Made by a program: the position numbers and the translations under genes. A DNA stretch of 64,000 bases, taken from positions 1-64,000 of the forward strand of contig JBNKUM010000107.1 in assembly GCA_050298595.1 (NCBI GenBank). The letters are read 5' to 3'. Shown piece after piece: positions 33,526-43,530 of this stretch (positions are counted from its first letter, which is position 1; the number at the start of each line of letters is the position of its first letter). This DNA comes from Gammaproteobacteria bacterium. Its GTDB lineage: Bacteria > Pseudomonadota > Gammaproteobacteria > GCA-001735895. The notes beneath the pieces are model-generated. The model saw only the letters and a program-made list of their open reading frames with translations, was not told where the DNA came from and did no database searches.

Positions 33526-33741
33526 CTAGTACATGCGTCTTCTGTTACCGACCTCTTTACTCAGGCGTTTGAAGTTGCGTTTTACTGCAGCTGCAGCTTT
33601 GCGTTTACGTACAGAAGTAGGTTTTTCGTAGTTCTGTCTACGACGTGTTTCGGTAAGAACACCAGCTTTTTCACAAGAGCGCTTGAATCGACGAAGCGCA
33701 AAATCAAAAGGTTCGTTGTCCTTTACTTTTACTGAAGGCAT
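33526..33741 (-). CDS. rpsU: 30S ribosomal protein S21
   Basis: [23 protein letters not shown]. Confidence 0.99.
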   Translation of the reverse strand: MPSVKVKDNEPFDFALRRFKRSCEKAGVLTETRRRQNYEKPTSVRKRKAAAAVKRNFKRLSKEVGNRRRMY

Positions 33742-33870
33742 ATTAAGAATATCCAGGTTTATTAAATATTGGGTGTAAATCGTTACACCGACGTTTCGAG
33801 CCGGGCAATTATAAGGAGGCAGTTTGAAATATCAATTGTTGCATAGCGAAAACAGAGAGAAATCAGCTAA

Positions 33871-34890
33871 ATGAAGGTTTTAGGCATAGAAAGTTCCTGC
33901 GATGAGACAGGAATCGCAATTTTTGACACGACGAACGGTAGTTTAGAGCAGCGTTTGTATAGTCAGATAGAGCGACATCGGGAGTATGGTGGGGTCGTTC
34001 CTGAGCTGGCGTCGCGTGATCATGTTGCCAAAGCGGCACCTATGATTGATGAGATTCTGCGTAATTCAGGCGGGGTGGAGTCCATTGATGGTATCGCCTA
34101 TACCCGAGGCCCCGGTTTGATGGGGGCTTTGATGGTTGGAGCCTGTGTGGCACGTGGTTTGGCCTGGGCGATTAATAAGCCGGTATTAGGAGTGCATCAT
34201 ATGGAAGGGCATTTGCTGGCTCCTATGCTGTCCGAGCAAAAACCTGAATTCCCATTTGTCGCGCTACTGGTTTCGGGTGGGCACACCATGTTGGTGGATG
34301 TGCAGGGGGTTGGTCGTTATCGGGTGCTGGGTGAGTCGCTGGATGATGCTGTGGGCGAAGCCTTTGATAAAACCGCCAAGCTGCTGGGGTTGCCTTATCC
34401 GGGTGGGCCTGAGCTGGCTGAGCTTGCAGGCACGGTGCAAAGCAGTGACCTAAGGTTCCCGCGCCCAATGGTAGACAGGCCGGGGCTGGATTTCAGTTTT
34501 AGTGGTCTGAAAACCTTTGCCTTAAATACCATGCATAGCATGTCTCCATTAGATGATAAGTCTCGGGCGGAAATTGCCTTTGCTTTTGAGTCAGCTGTAG
34601 TGGATACCTTAAAGATCAAATGCAAAAGGGCCTTGAAGCAAACAGGCTATAAAACTCTGGTAGTGGCTGGAGGCGTTGGGGCTAATCATAGGTTGCGAAC
34701 CGGGCTGCAGCATTTGCTTGCTGATTTATCGGGGGCGGTTTTTTTTCCTGAGATGCAATATTGTACCGATAATGGTGCAATGATTGCTTATGCTGGGGGG
34801 CTGCGACTGGCGGCGGGTCTGGTCGATGAAGATGTGTATGATGTTTTGCCGCGCTGGTCGTTGGAGCAACTGCCTGCATTGCCGAACTGA
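33871..34890 (+). CDS. tsaD: tRNA t6A threonylcarbamoyltransferase TsaD
   Basis: [35 protein letters not shown]. Confidence 0.99.
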   Translation: MKVLGIESSCDETGIAIFDTTNGSLEQRLYSQIERHREYGGVVPELASRDHVAKAAPMIDEILRNSGGVESIDGIAYTRGPGLMGALMVGACVARGLAWAINKPVLGVHHMEGHLLAPMLSEQKPEFPFVALLVSGGHTMLVDVQGVGRYRVLGESLDDAVGEAFDKTAKLLGLPYPGGPELAELAGTVQSSDLRFPRPMVDRPGLDFSFSGLKTFALNTMHSMSPLDDKSRAEIAFAFESAVVDTLKIKCKRALKQTGYKTLVVAGGVGANHRLRTGLQHLLADLSGAVFFPEMQYCTDNGAMIAYAGGLRLAAGLVDEDVYDVLPRWSLEQLPALPN

Positions 34891-34896
34891 TCGCTG

Positions 34897-35484
34897 CTAT
34901 TTTTCCTGGCCCTGCATTATGCGCAGTATGTTCTGTTTATGGCGAAGCACAAGAATCAGCGATAGCAATGCAAGGAGTATGCTAATGTCCACCTGTGCTG
35001 TCAGGGATGTATAGATGAGTGGCATTAGTGCAAAAGCAATGATTGCGGCCAGCGAGGATAATTTAAATAATCTGGCGACAATTAACCAGATACCCACTAC
35101 GATCAGGCCGCTGACCCAGTGAAAAGCGAGAATAAAACCAATCGCAGTAGCAACACCTTTACCGCCACTAAAGCGGTAATAAATCGGGTAGCAGTGGCCG
35201 ATAAATGCGCTTAGTCCAGTGAGGGCAACCCAAAGCGTATCGGTTAAAAAATACTGTGCCAGTAGTACTGGAATAAAGCCTTTGAGCAGATCGATAAAAA
35301 GAGTTAATGCTGCCGCTTTTTTGCCAGCAATGCGCATCACATTGGTCGCGCCCGGATTATTGGAGCCCTCGCTACGTGGATCTGGAAAGCCCATGATGTG
35401 GCTTAGCGTAATGGCGGATGAGAATGATCCCAGCAAATAGGCTGAAATGACAAAGCAGAAGTTTAACAGGTGAAAGTTTTGCAA
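34897..35484 (-). CDS. plsY: Glycerol-3-phosphate acyltransferase PlsY
   Basis: AYLLGS, GSNNPGATNVMR, GGKGVAT, RHKQNI. Confidence 0.97.
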   Translation of the reverse strand: MQNFHLLNFCFVISAYLLGSFSSAITLSHIMGFPDPRSEGSNNPGATNVMRIAGKKAAALTLFIDLLKGFIPVLLAQYFLTDTLWVALTGLSAFIGHCYPIYYRFSGGKGVATAIGFILAFHWVSGLIVVGIWLIVARLFKLSSLAAIIAFALMPLIYTSLTAQVDISILLALLSLILVLRHKQNILRIMQGQEK

Positions 35485-35564
35485 GTTGCTGATGGTGTGC
35501 TTTTTATCGTGGGCATGACTTTATCAGGATATTCAAATGCTGAACAGATTTTTAAGAGCAGAGC

Positions 35565-36356
35565 TTGATGACTACAGAATTATTTATAAGTCGTAGTGGG
35601 CAGGGGCCGGCCCTTGTATTACTGCATGGCTGGGGGATGAATGGGGGAATTTTTAACCCGTTACTGGATTATCTGAATGATGATTTTGAAGTGCTGTGCG
35701 TGGATTTACCTGGGCATGGAAAATCCGCTTTGGCCCATACGGATTTTGATCATCAGGTGGAACAGCTGGCGCGCATATTGCCGGATTCGATATTGCTGGG
35801 CTGGTCAATGGGAGGGCTGTATGCCACAGCGCTTGCACAGTGCTATCCTGAAAAATTCAGCCGTATAGTGCTAGTCGCTTCTAACCCTTGTTTTGTGCAG
35901 CAGGATGATTGGCGTAGTGCCGTGCCTCAACAGGTTTTTGATGAATTCTCCAGCTCGCTGTCAGGTGACTGGAAGGCGACTATCAAGCGCTTTATTGGTT
36001 TGCAATTGCATGGCGCTGAGCAGGCGCGACATTTAATACGTCACGTGACAGCTCTTTTGGTTGAGGGTGGTGCGCCGCAGCCTGAGGCGCTCAGTAATGG
36101 TCTGGAGTTGCTGCTCAATCATGATGCGCGAGACGCTTTGAAGAACCTCGTTCAGCCAGTGATGATGGTGCTGGGGAGGCGTGATACGCTGGTACCTATA
36201 AGCTTGTTACAACAAATACATCGGGTAAATCCATCGATTCGTGTAGAATGCTTCCCCCATTCGGCGCATGTGCCGTTTGTTTCTCATCCACAGCAATTTG
36301 CAGATTTATTACGTGAATTTACTCAATCCTCCACGTCTGGACAAAATAGCGGTTAA
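35565..36356 (+). CDS. bioH: Pimeloyl-ACP methyl ester esterase
   Basis: LLHGWG, DLPGHG, GWSMGG, SAHVPFVSHP; overlaps bioC. Confidence 0.9.
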   Translation: MMTTELFISRSGQGPALVLLHGWGMNGGIFNPLLDYLNDDFEVLCVDLPGHGKSALAHTDFDHQVEQLARILPDSILLGWSMGGLYATALAQCYPEKFSRIVLVASNPCFVQQDDWRSAVPQQVFDEFSSSLSGDWKATIKRFIGLQLHGAEQARHLIRHVTALLVEGGAPQPEALSNGLELLLNHDARDALKNLVQPVMMVLGRRDTLVPISLLQQIHRVNPSIRVECFPHSAHVPFVSHPQQFADLLREFTQSSTSGQNSG

Positions 36357-37119
36357 AAAATCTTTTAACCGAGGCGCTGCCGATTACGATAAGTGTGCGG
36401 TATTGCAGGCTGAAGTGCTCAGGCGCTTACTGGAAAGACTGGAATATATCAAGCTTCAGCCCGAGTGGGTTATCGATCTTGGTTGTGGCACCGGCCAGGC
36501 TATTAAACCGTTGAATAAAAAGTATCGTAGTGCTCGGGTAATTGCGCTGGATATGGCGGATGCTATGCTGCAGCGCGCGCGCAAAAACCATGGCCTGTTC
36601 GATCGTAAATACCTGCTCAATGCAGATATGGAAGCGCTGCCATTCAAGACGCAAAGTGTAGATATGATCTTCTCCAGTCTGGCCTTGCAGTGGAGTAATG
36701 ATTTGCATGCTACCTTTAAGGAGTTTAAGCGTGTTGGTCGATCTGGCGGGGTGGTTCTATTTGCCACGCTTGGCGCTAATACTCTGAGGGAATTGCGTGA
36801 GAGCTGGAAGCTGGTGGATCCCATGCCACGTGTGCATCTGTTTATGGATATGCATGATGTAGGCGATGCGATGTTGGCAGCAGGGTTATCACAACCTGTG
36901 GTAGATATGGAAGAAATCACGCTTGAGTACGATAAATTCCCGGATTTGATGCGTGATTTAAAAGGTATCGGTGCGACCAATGCCGATCGTAACCGCAGCC
37001 GGGGTTTGATGACACCAGCCAAGTTAAGGCGTTTACAGCAGGCATACGAGCAGGTGGCTTTTAAGAGAGATCGATATCAGGCCACTTATGAAGTTGTGTA
37101 TGGTCATGCCTGGTTTTAA
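36313..37119 (+). CDS. bioC: Malonyl-ACP O-methyltransferase
   Basis: IDLGCGTG, SSLALQW, FMDMHDVGD, ATYEVVYGHAW; likely GTG start at 36313. Confidence 0.93.
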   Translation: MNLLNPPRLDKIAVKKSFNRGAADYDKCAVLQAEVLRRLLERLEYIKLQPEWVIDLGCGTGQAIKPLNKKYRSARVIALDMADAMLQRARKNHGLFDRKYLLNADMEALPFKTQSVDMIFSSLALQWSNDLHATFKEFKRVGRSGGVVLFATLGANTLRELRESWKLVDPMPRVHLFMDMHDVGDAMLAAGLSQPVVDMEEITLEYDKFPDLMRDLKGIGATNADRNRSRGLMTPAKLRRLQQAYEQVAFKRDRYQATYEVVYGHAWF

Positions 37120-37529
37120 CAGGTTTGTTGTTCATTAAAGTTGTCGTGCTCCTGGTGTCTGGTTGGTAACAGACCCTGGTCAAAATAGAAGCTTCTCCAG
37201 TTTCTCGCTCTCAATCAGTTCGCTGTCATATCCTTTCATAACACCCTTTTCACTCATATAACCTTCAGAGTATCGACCTAAATAAAGCAACTTTAGGTCG
37301 ACGTTATGGTTATAAACATTAAGTAAATTATGGTTTTAACTAAATAAATTAAATACCCATACAAAAACAGCATATATTTTATGTGTTTATATTATAAAGC
37401 CGCGGTGCGAATGGAAATTTTAACTTGATATAAGTTAGAGTCGTCATTAGACTCGGGGTTTTTTCAATGATGTAATATTGAAAAATAGTTTGAAAATATA
37501 CCAATTGTTTTTAACTTTGGTGTTATTTT

Positions 37530-38024
37530 ATGATTCTTGAAAACGCAGATGTCGATGAAAGTCGCTGCGAATTTTTAATAAGACCCAACAGATCATTGAC
37601 GGCAAAAGGGATGGTTTTTTTTGTGGTGTTGGTTGGATTGGGCGTTTTTCTGGTAGCCATAAGATTTGTGCTACTGGGAGCATGGGTGATATTACCGTTT
37701 GCGGTACTCGAAGTTTGTTTCCTGGCAGCTGGATTCTGGTTGTATGAAAGGGCAAGCCGCTATCGTGAAACAGTTAAACTCTCCAGAAATAGCTTTTTGA
37801 TTACACAGGATGGTGTGCATGTGCGTCGAAGTTGGCGTTTCAATCCACACTGGGTTCAGGTGAATCTTGAGCTGGATTCCAATGGCTGGTATCCAAGCAA
37901 GCTACTAATAAGATCGCATGGTGAACAGGTTGAGATAGGTGCCTGTTTAACCAATCAGGAGAGAGAAGAACTATCTATAGCAATAAAACAATCAATGCCG
38001 CGTGTTTTATATCAAGCGGTATGA
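37530..38024 (+). CDS. DUF2244-type integral membrane protein
   Basis: RPNRSL, GAWVILPFAVLE, VEIGACLTNQER; commonly found next to cox genes. Confidence 0.85.
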   Translation: MILENADVDESRCEFLIRPNRSLTAKGMVFFVVLVGLGVFLVAIRFVLLGAWVILPFAVLEVCFLAAGFWLYERASRYRETVKLSRNSFLITQDGVHVRRSWRFNPHWVQVNLELDSNGWYPSKLLIRSHGEQVEIGACLTNQEREELSIAIKQSMPRVLYQAV

Positions 38025-38064
38025 ATAAAGAACAAGTTTAACAATAACCGGGGGGAGTATCTAG

Positions 38065-39189
38065 ATGACTCAGCTAGTAAAAGTCTTCAAAAGAAGATGG
38101 TTGCTGATCGTATCCATGTTTTTTTCACTACCAGCAAGTGCTGCTCGAGAGTATAACCTGCCAGAGCCAGCGTCAACTATGGCGCGCGAAATCTTCAATT
38201 TACATACCATGACGGCTACCATAGCCACCATCATCATGGTTATAGTAACCGGCATTATCGTTTATGCGCTGATCAAATTTCGTAAATCTGCCGGTTATGA
38301 GGCAGATCAGGAATTTAATCATACCTGGTTTGGGCGCTGGTCATGGGTGCTGGTCCCCGCCATAGTACTGGGGATCGATTTTAGTGTTGCAGGCCCTGCT
38401 TCAAAAACACTTGCTAACGTTGAGTCTTATGATGAGGCTGCCGTGACAGTCAAGGTCACGGGTTCACAATGGAAATGGACCTACGAGTATATGGATGACG
38501 GTATCAAGATTGTCAGTAATCTAAAAAGAGAGCTTACCGTAGATGATGAGCATTATTTAAGGGATGTAGACAATCGGCTGGTACTCCCGAGTAATCAAAG
38601 AATCCGCTTTTTACATACAGCAACCGATGTATTACATGCCTGGTGGGTTCCTGCTCTGGCCTATAAAAAGGATTCAATCCCCGGGTATATCAATGAAACC
38701 TGGGCATTCATTGATCAAGAGGGTGTATTCCGCGGGCAGTGTGCAGAAAATTGCGGTACAGGTCATGCCTTTATGCCTATTGTTGTGGAGGTGGTCAGTC
38801 CCGATAAATTTGATGAGTGGAAGAATGGACAGAAAGTAGCAATGGCCGCTGCTGCAGCTGAGGCTTCTGCAGATAAAACCTGGTCGAAAGATGAACTGTA
38901 TCAGCGTGGAGAGAAGCTCTACAACACTACCTGTTCTGCCTGCCATATGCCTACAGGTCTGGGCATACCCGGTGTATTCCCTGCATTAAAAGGTAGTCCC
39001 GTTGCTACCGGGGATGTTGCTAAACATTTGAATACTGTATTGAAAGGTGTTGCAGGAACCGCAATGGCGGCCTGGGGCGCGCAATTGAATGATCTTGAGC
39101 TGGCATCGATTATTACCTATGAGCGAAATGCCTGGGGTAATGAAACTGGTGATGCCGTACAACCCGCTGACGTTAAAGCAGCTCGATAA
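38065..39189 (+). CDS. coxB: Cytochrome c oxidase subunit II with fused cytochrome c
   Basis: QWKWTYEY, DVLHAWW, CuA motif CAENCGTGHAFM, C-terminal CSACH. Confidence 0.97.
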   Translation: MTQLVKVFKRRWLLIVSMFFSLPASAAREYNLPEPASTMAREIFNLHTMTATIATIIMVIVTGIIVYALIKFRKSAGYEADQEFNHTWFGRWSWVLVPAIVLGIDFSVAGPASKTLANVESYDEAAVTVKVTGSQWKWTYEYMDDGIKIVSNLKRELTVDDEHYLRDVDNRLVLPSNQRIRFLHTATDVLHAWWVPALAYKKDSIPGYINETWAFIDQEGVFRGQCAENCGTGHAFMPIVVEVVSPDKFDEWKNGQKVAMAAAAAEASADKTWSKDELYQRGEKLYNTTCSACHMPTGLGIPGVFPALKGSPVATGDVAKHLNTVLKGVAGTAMAAWGAQLNDLELASIITYERNAWGNETGDAVQPADVKAAR

Positions 39190-39209
39190 TATAGATAACT
39201 GGGAGATAA

Positions 39210-40814
39210 ATGATGAGTGAAGTTACTACACACGATGATCATCATGATCATAGGCCTTCGGGTATAGGTCGCTGGTTGTTCAGTACCAACCATAAAGATA
39301 TTGGTACGATGTACCTGATCTTCGCGCTGGTTATGCTGTTTCTGGGTGGCGCTAGTGCAATGATATTGCGTATGGAATTGTTTATACCTGGCATCCAGAT
39401 CGTTCAGCCAGATGTGTATAACAATCTGCTGACCAATCATGCATTGATAATGGTATTCGGTATGGTTATGCCTGCAGGTGCCGGTATGGCGAACTGGATG
39501 ATTCCGATGATGATCGGAGCGCCCGATATGGCGTTACCACGTATGAATAACCTGAGCTTCTGGTTGTTACCAATGGCCGCGACCATGTTGGTACTGTCAT
39601 TTGTGGTTTCCTTTTTTCCTGGAGCCGGTACACCGATTAATACGGGTTGGACCCTGTATCCGCCTTTATCTGTGCAAACAGGCATAGGCATGGACTTCCT
39701 GATTTTTACCGTGCACCTTCTGGGTATTTCATCCATCATGGCGGCAATAAATATTGTTACTACCATCGTTAATATGCGTGCACCGGGCATGACCTGGTTC
39801 AAGTTGCCGTTGTTTGTATGGTCCTGGTTGTTTACCGGTTTATTGCTGATCATGATCATGCCTGTACTGGCCGGTGCAGTAACCATGCTATTGTTTGACC
39901 GTCATTTCGGTACTTCATTCTTTGATGCGGCAGGCGGTGGTGATCCAGTACTATTCCAGCATATGTTCTGGTTCTTTGGGCATCCTGAGGTTTATGTACT
40001 GTTGTTACCTTCAATCGGGGTACTGGGTCTGATTATACCTACCTTCTCTCGTAAGCCCCTGTTTGCTTATAAGCCACTGGTCTGGTTTATGGCAATCCTG
40101 ACTGCGCTGGGCATGGTGGTCTGGGCACATCACCAGTACACCGTGGGTATGTCACTGACAGCGACCACCTATTTCATGATTGGCACGATTTTGATATCTA
40201 TACCCGTAGGCATGATGCTGATGAGTTTTATCTTTACCATGTGGCGCGGGGCAATGACTTTCGAAACCCCAATGCTGTTTGGTATTGCGATTATCCTGAT
40301 GTTCTCATTTGCGGGAGTAACTGGCGTAATGCTGGCAGTGGTGCCAGCTGATCTTCAATATCATGACACCTACTTTGTCGTGGCACATTTTCACTATGCC
40401 TTGATACCAGGCTCGGTATTTGGGCTGTATGCGGCGGTTTTTTACTGGTTACCGAAGTGGACAGGTCATATGTATGACGAGAAACTGGGAAAGATATTCT
40501 TCTGGTGGACCACGTTGTCGTTTAACCTGACCTTCTTCCCACAGCATTTTGCAGGTCTGGCTGGTATGCCTCGACGTATTGTTGATTACAGTCCTCAGTT
40601 TGCTGATTTGAATTTCATATCCAGTGTTGGCGGTATGCTATTTGGGCTGTCTCACCTGTTGTTCCTGTATATCATTATCAAAACAGTTAAAGGTGGGGAA
40701 AAGGCGCCGGATAAGCCATGGGAAGGTTCACAGATTGGTACATCCGGTCTGGAGTGGACGTTATCGTCCCCACCACCTTTCCACAGTTTTAACACGCCGC
40801 CAACGGTAAAATAG
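39210..40814 (+). CDS. coxA: Cytochrome c oxidase subunit I, A1 type (K-channel residues substituted)
   Basis: NHKDIG, APDMALPRMNN, GHPEVY, WAHH, HDTY, AHFHY, GMPRR. Confidence 0.97.
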   Translation: MMSEVTTHDDHHDHRPSGIGRWLFSTNHKDIGTMYLIFALVMLFLGGASAMILRMELFIPGIQIVQPDVYNNLLTNHALIMVFGMVMPAGAGMANWMIPMMIGAPDMALPRMNNLSFWLLPMAATMLVLSFVVSFFPGAGTPINTGWTLYPPLSVQTGIGMDFLIFTVHLLGISSIMAAINIVTTIVNMRAPGMTWFKLPLFVWSWLFTGLLLIMIMPVLAGAVTMLLFDRHFGTSFFDAAGGGDPVLFQHMFWFFGHPEVYVLLLPSIGVLGLIIPTFSRKPLFAYKPLVWFMAILTALGMVVWAHHQYTVGMSLTATTYFMIGTILISIPVGMMLMSFIFTMWRGAMTFETPMLFGIAIILMFSFAGVTGVMLAVVPADLQYHDTYFVVAHFHYALIPGSVFGLYAAVFYWLPKWTGHMYDEKLGKIFFWWTTLSFNLTFFPQHFAGLAGMPRRIVDYSPQFADLNFISSVGGMLFGLSHLLFLYIIIKTVKGGEKAPDKPWEGSQIGTSGLEWTLSSPPPFHSFNTPPTVK

Positions 40815-40872
40815 TAATCATTGTGCGAGCAGTCTGTAATCACAGGCTGCTCACTTGATTTCACATGATGTT

Positions 40873-41013
40873 ATGGCAAAAAAAGATATGACAATCGAAG
40901 AAAAACGTTTACGACGCAATAACCTGATCGTTGCTGCTATTTTAACGGCAATTGCATTGACCGGCATTCTGGTACCTTTGCTTTATTACACAGGAATAAC
41001 AGTACCTCAATGA
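40873..41013 (+). CDS. 46-aa single-TM small protein in the cox operon (absent from ORF track)
   Basis: MAKKDMTIEEKRLRRNNLIVAAILTAIALTGILVPLLYYTGITVPQ*; stop overlaps the ctaG start (ATGA). Confidence 0.7.
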   Translation: MAKKDMTIEEKRLRRNNLIVAAILTAIALTGILVPLLYYTGITVPQ

Positions 41014-41552
41014 ATACTGGGCAGAAACGCAAGGGTAAAAAAACATCCTGGTTACTGGGTGCTATTGGTGTAGGTATGTTTGGCTTCGGCTTTGCACTGG
41101 TACCCCTTTATAATCTGTTATGTTCCGTTTCTGGTGTCAATGGCATTGCCACCGCCGCAACCAAATCGGAAATGGTAATGATGCAGGTGGATAATTCGAG
41201 ATTGGTTACAGTTGAGTTTGATTCGACGATCAATGAGAACCTGCCGTGGAAAATAGAAAGGCCATCAAAGAAGTTGAAAGTACATCCGGGCGAGATTCAT
41301 AACATTAGCTACCGGGCGACTAACCTGTCAAATAAAACCATTAAGGTACAGGCGATACCGGGGATTACACCGTGGCAGGCCACTGAATTTTTTAACAAGA
41401 TACAGTGCTTTTGTTTTGACACACAAACCCTGGGGCCTGGGGAAAGTCAGGATATGAACCTGCAATTTATTGTAGATAGAGATTTACCTGAACAATATAA
41501 AACAATCACCCTGTCTTATACGTTCATGAATACTGATCGCTCTAAAATTTAA
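41010..41552 (+). CDS. ctaG: Cytochrome c oxidase assembly protein CtaG/Cox11
   Basis: FALVPLYNLLC, KIQCFCF, ITLSYTF. Confidence 0.96.
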   Translation: MNTGQKRKGKKTSWLLGAIGVGMFGFGFALVPLYNLLCSVSGVNGIATAATKSEMVMMQVDNSRLVTVEFDSTINENLPWKIERPSKKLKVHPGEIHNISYRATNLSNKTIKVQAIPGITPWQATEFFNKIQCFCFDTQTLGPGESQDMNLQFIVDRDLPEQYKTITLSYTFMNTDRSKI

Positions 41553-41582
41553 TAAGAAAACTACTCACACCAGAGGAAAGAT

Positions 41583-42452
41583 ATGACAACTAACGACAGT
41601 TATTTTATTCCGGAGCCAAGTCGCTGGCCGATCATTTCAGCGACTGGCGTATTCGTTTTATTGTTTGGCTTTATCCTGTTTATCAATGATATTGGAGCGG
41701 GCTCGACGATTATTGTGGGTGGTCTGTTGATGGTTGCCTATATGTTCTTTGGCTGGTTTGGTGCCGTCATTGATGAAAACCTGAAAGGCAATTATGGCCC
41801 GCAGGTGAGCACCTCGTTTCGGCATGGCATGTTCTGGTTTATTACTTCGGAAGTTTTTTTCTTCCTGACTTTTTTTGGTTGTTTATATTATCTACGTAAC
41901 GTCGCTGTTCCCTACCTGGGTGGGGAAGGGCAACTGGGTAAATCCAATTTATTGTGGGATGGTTTTCAGGCGACATGGCCGCTAATAAATTTGCCTGATG
42001 CAACCAACTACACCCCCGCCAAAGAGGCAATGGGCGCAGGTGGAATACCACTGTGGAATACCATCATCCTGTTATCTTCTGGCGCCACCCTGACCTGGGC
42101 GCACTGGGGTCTAAAGAAAGATAGTAAGAATCAGTTGGTATTAGGACTCATGCTGACTGTAGCACTGGGCCTGTTGTTCTTCAGTTTGCAGGCCTACGAG
42201 TATGCGCATGCTTACACAGAAATGAATTTAAGACTGACATCGGGTATTTATGGCTCGATGTTTTACATGCTGACGGGCTTTCATGGCATGCACGTAACGA
42301 TCGGCACGATCATGTTGATTGTGATTACAATCCGTTCTATGAAGAATCATTTTACCGAAGAAAATCACTTTGCGTTTGAGGCTGTTGCCTGGTACTGGCA
42401 TTTTGTTGATGTGGTATGGATCGGCCTGTATTTCTTTGTGTACTGGTTATAA
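41583..42452 (+). CDS. coxC: Cytochrome c oxidase subunit III
   Basis: FITSEVFFF, LTGFHGMHV, WYWHFVDVVW. Confidence 0.97.
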   Translation: MTTNDSYFIPEPSRWPIISATGVFVLLFGFILFINDIGAGSTIIVGGLLMVAYMFFGWFGAVIDENLKGNYGPQVSTSFRHGMFWFITSEVFFFLTFFGCLYYLRNVAVPYLGGEGQLGKSNLLWDGFQATWPLINLPDATNYTPAKEAMGAGGIPLWNTIILLSSGATLTWAHWGLKKDSKNQLVLGLMLTVALGLLFFSLQAYEYAHAYTEMNLRLTSGIYGSMFYMLTGFHGMHVTIGTIMLIVITIRSMKNHFTEENHFAFEAVAWYWHFVDVVWIGLYFFVYWL

Positions 42453-42522
42453 GGTCGAAAAAATGATGAATTTGCGTCTTGCTTATGTTCAGGCGCTTTT
42501 TCTATATCATAGAACTGTGTGA

Positions 42523-42723
42523 TTAGAAGTTATTAGGCTGCAGGTTCCCGCTGTAATAACCAATGAGCAGAAGGCAGATCAGGCAGATAGACAGGGCAAC
42601 CCGGATAGTGAGGGACGTGACAATTCTATTGGATTTGCCATTATCCCTGGCAAGGAAAATGACGCCGCTAAATAAGCTGATCAGAATCAGAATAAGGTTG
42701 ATGATGATTAGTATCTTAAACAT
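42523..42723 (-). CDS. Twin-TM small protein (DUF2909/HIG1-like)
   Basis: SLFSGVIFLARD..SLTIRVALS; usual position between coxC and SURF1. Confidence 0.85.
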   Translation of the reverse strand: MFKILIIINLILILISLFSGVIFLARDNGKSNRIVTSLTIRVALSICLICLLLIGYYSGNLQPNNF

Positions 42724-42795
42724 GGGAACCTGTGCGGGTATTTATAAGCCGCTCATTTTAACATACTGTAATAAAACAAGGGCCTGTTAAAGCGA

Positions 42796-43530
42796 GTGAG
42801 TATGAAATACCAGTTTAGATTTAACCCGTTGATGATCTTTCTGACATTGGTGTTTTTTTCGGTTTTTTCAGCACTATCGGTGTGGCAGGTGAACCGGGTG
42901 TATGAAAAACAGCATGTGCAGGATTTAATAGCTCATGCTAATGCGGGTAATCCGTTACATATTCAGGCGCATGAGAATGAGCAGCAATTGCTGCAACATC
43001 GTCATTATAAAGCGACAGCTAAAGGCCGCTTTTTGCATGAACAATGCCTCTTTGTGGAAAATGTAATTTTTAAGGGTGAGCCAGGATTGTATGTGTATTG
43101 TCCTTTCAGGATTGAAAGTGATAGCAAAGTATTACTGGTGAATATGGGCTGGATAAAAAAGTTATATAACCGGCTGCAGTTACCACCTTATCAGGTGAGC
43201 AGTGATGTGGTTTCTATTGAGGGTGTAATAGCAGATCCACGTTCTAAGCCAGTGGTGACCACGGGGTTAGATAAACCGAATATTGAGCTGGATAACTTGT
43301 GGGCTTATTTTGATTTCGACAGCCTGCGCAAACAAACCGGATTTGATTTCTATCCGATAGAATTTCGGTTAACGAGCGATATCGATACGATGTTGCAAAG
43401 AGACTGGCCACAGTACGAAGCAAAGATCGGCATGCATATAGGTTATGCGATTCACTGGGCCGCTTTTGCATTAGTGACTCTGGGATTATTTTTGAAATTT
43501 AATATTAAGAAAACTGAATTAAATGACTGA
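42796..43530 (+). CDS. SURF1-family protein
   Basis: LSVWQVNR, LLVNMGWI, MHIGYAIHWAAFA. Confidence 0.9.
   Translation: MSMKYQFRFNPLMIFLTLVFFSVFSALSVWQVNRVYEKQHVQDLIAHANAGNPLHIQAHENEQQLLQHRHYKATAKGRFLHEQCLFVENVIFKGEPGLYVYCPFRIESDSKVLLVNMGWIKKLYNRLQLPPYQVSSDVVSIEGVIADPRSKPVVTTGLDKPNIELDNLWAYFDFDSLRKQTGFDFYPIEFRLTSDIDTMLQRDWPQYEAKIGMHIGYAIHWAAFALVTLGLFLKFNIKKTELND

Noticed and set aside
36456-37022. 188-aa ORF antisense to bioC, and similar shadows over gltB, rpoD, coxA, pilQ and ftsY
   Set aside because: Fully nested antisense to well-supported genes, with no motifs of their own
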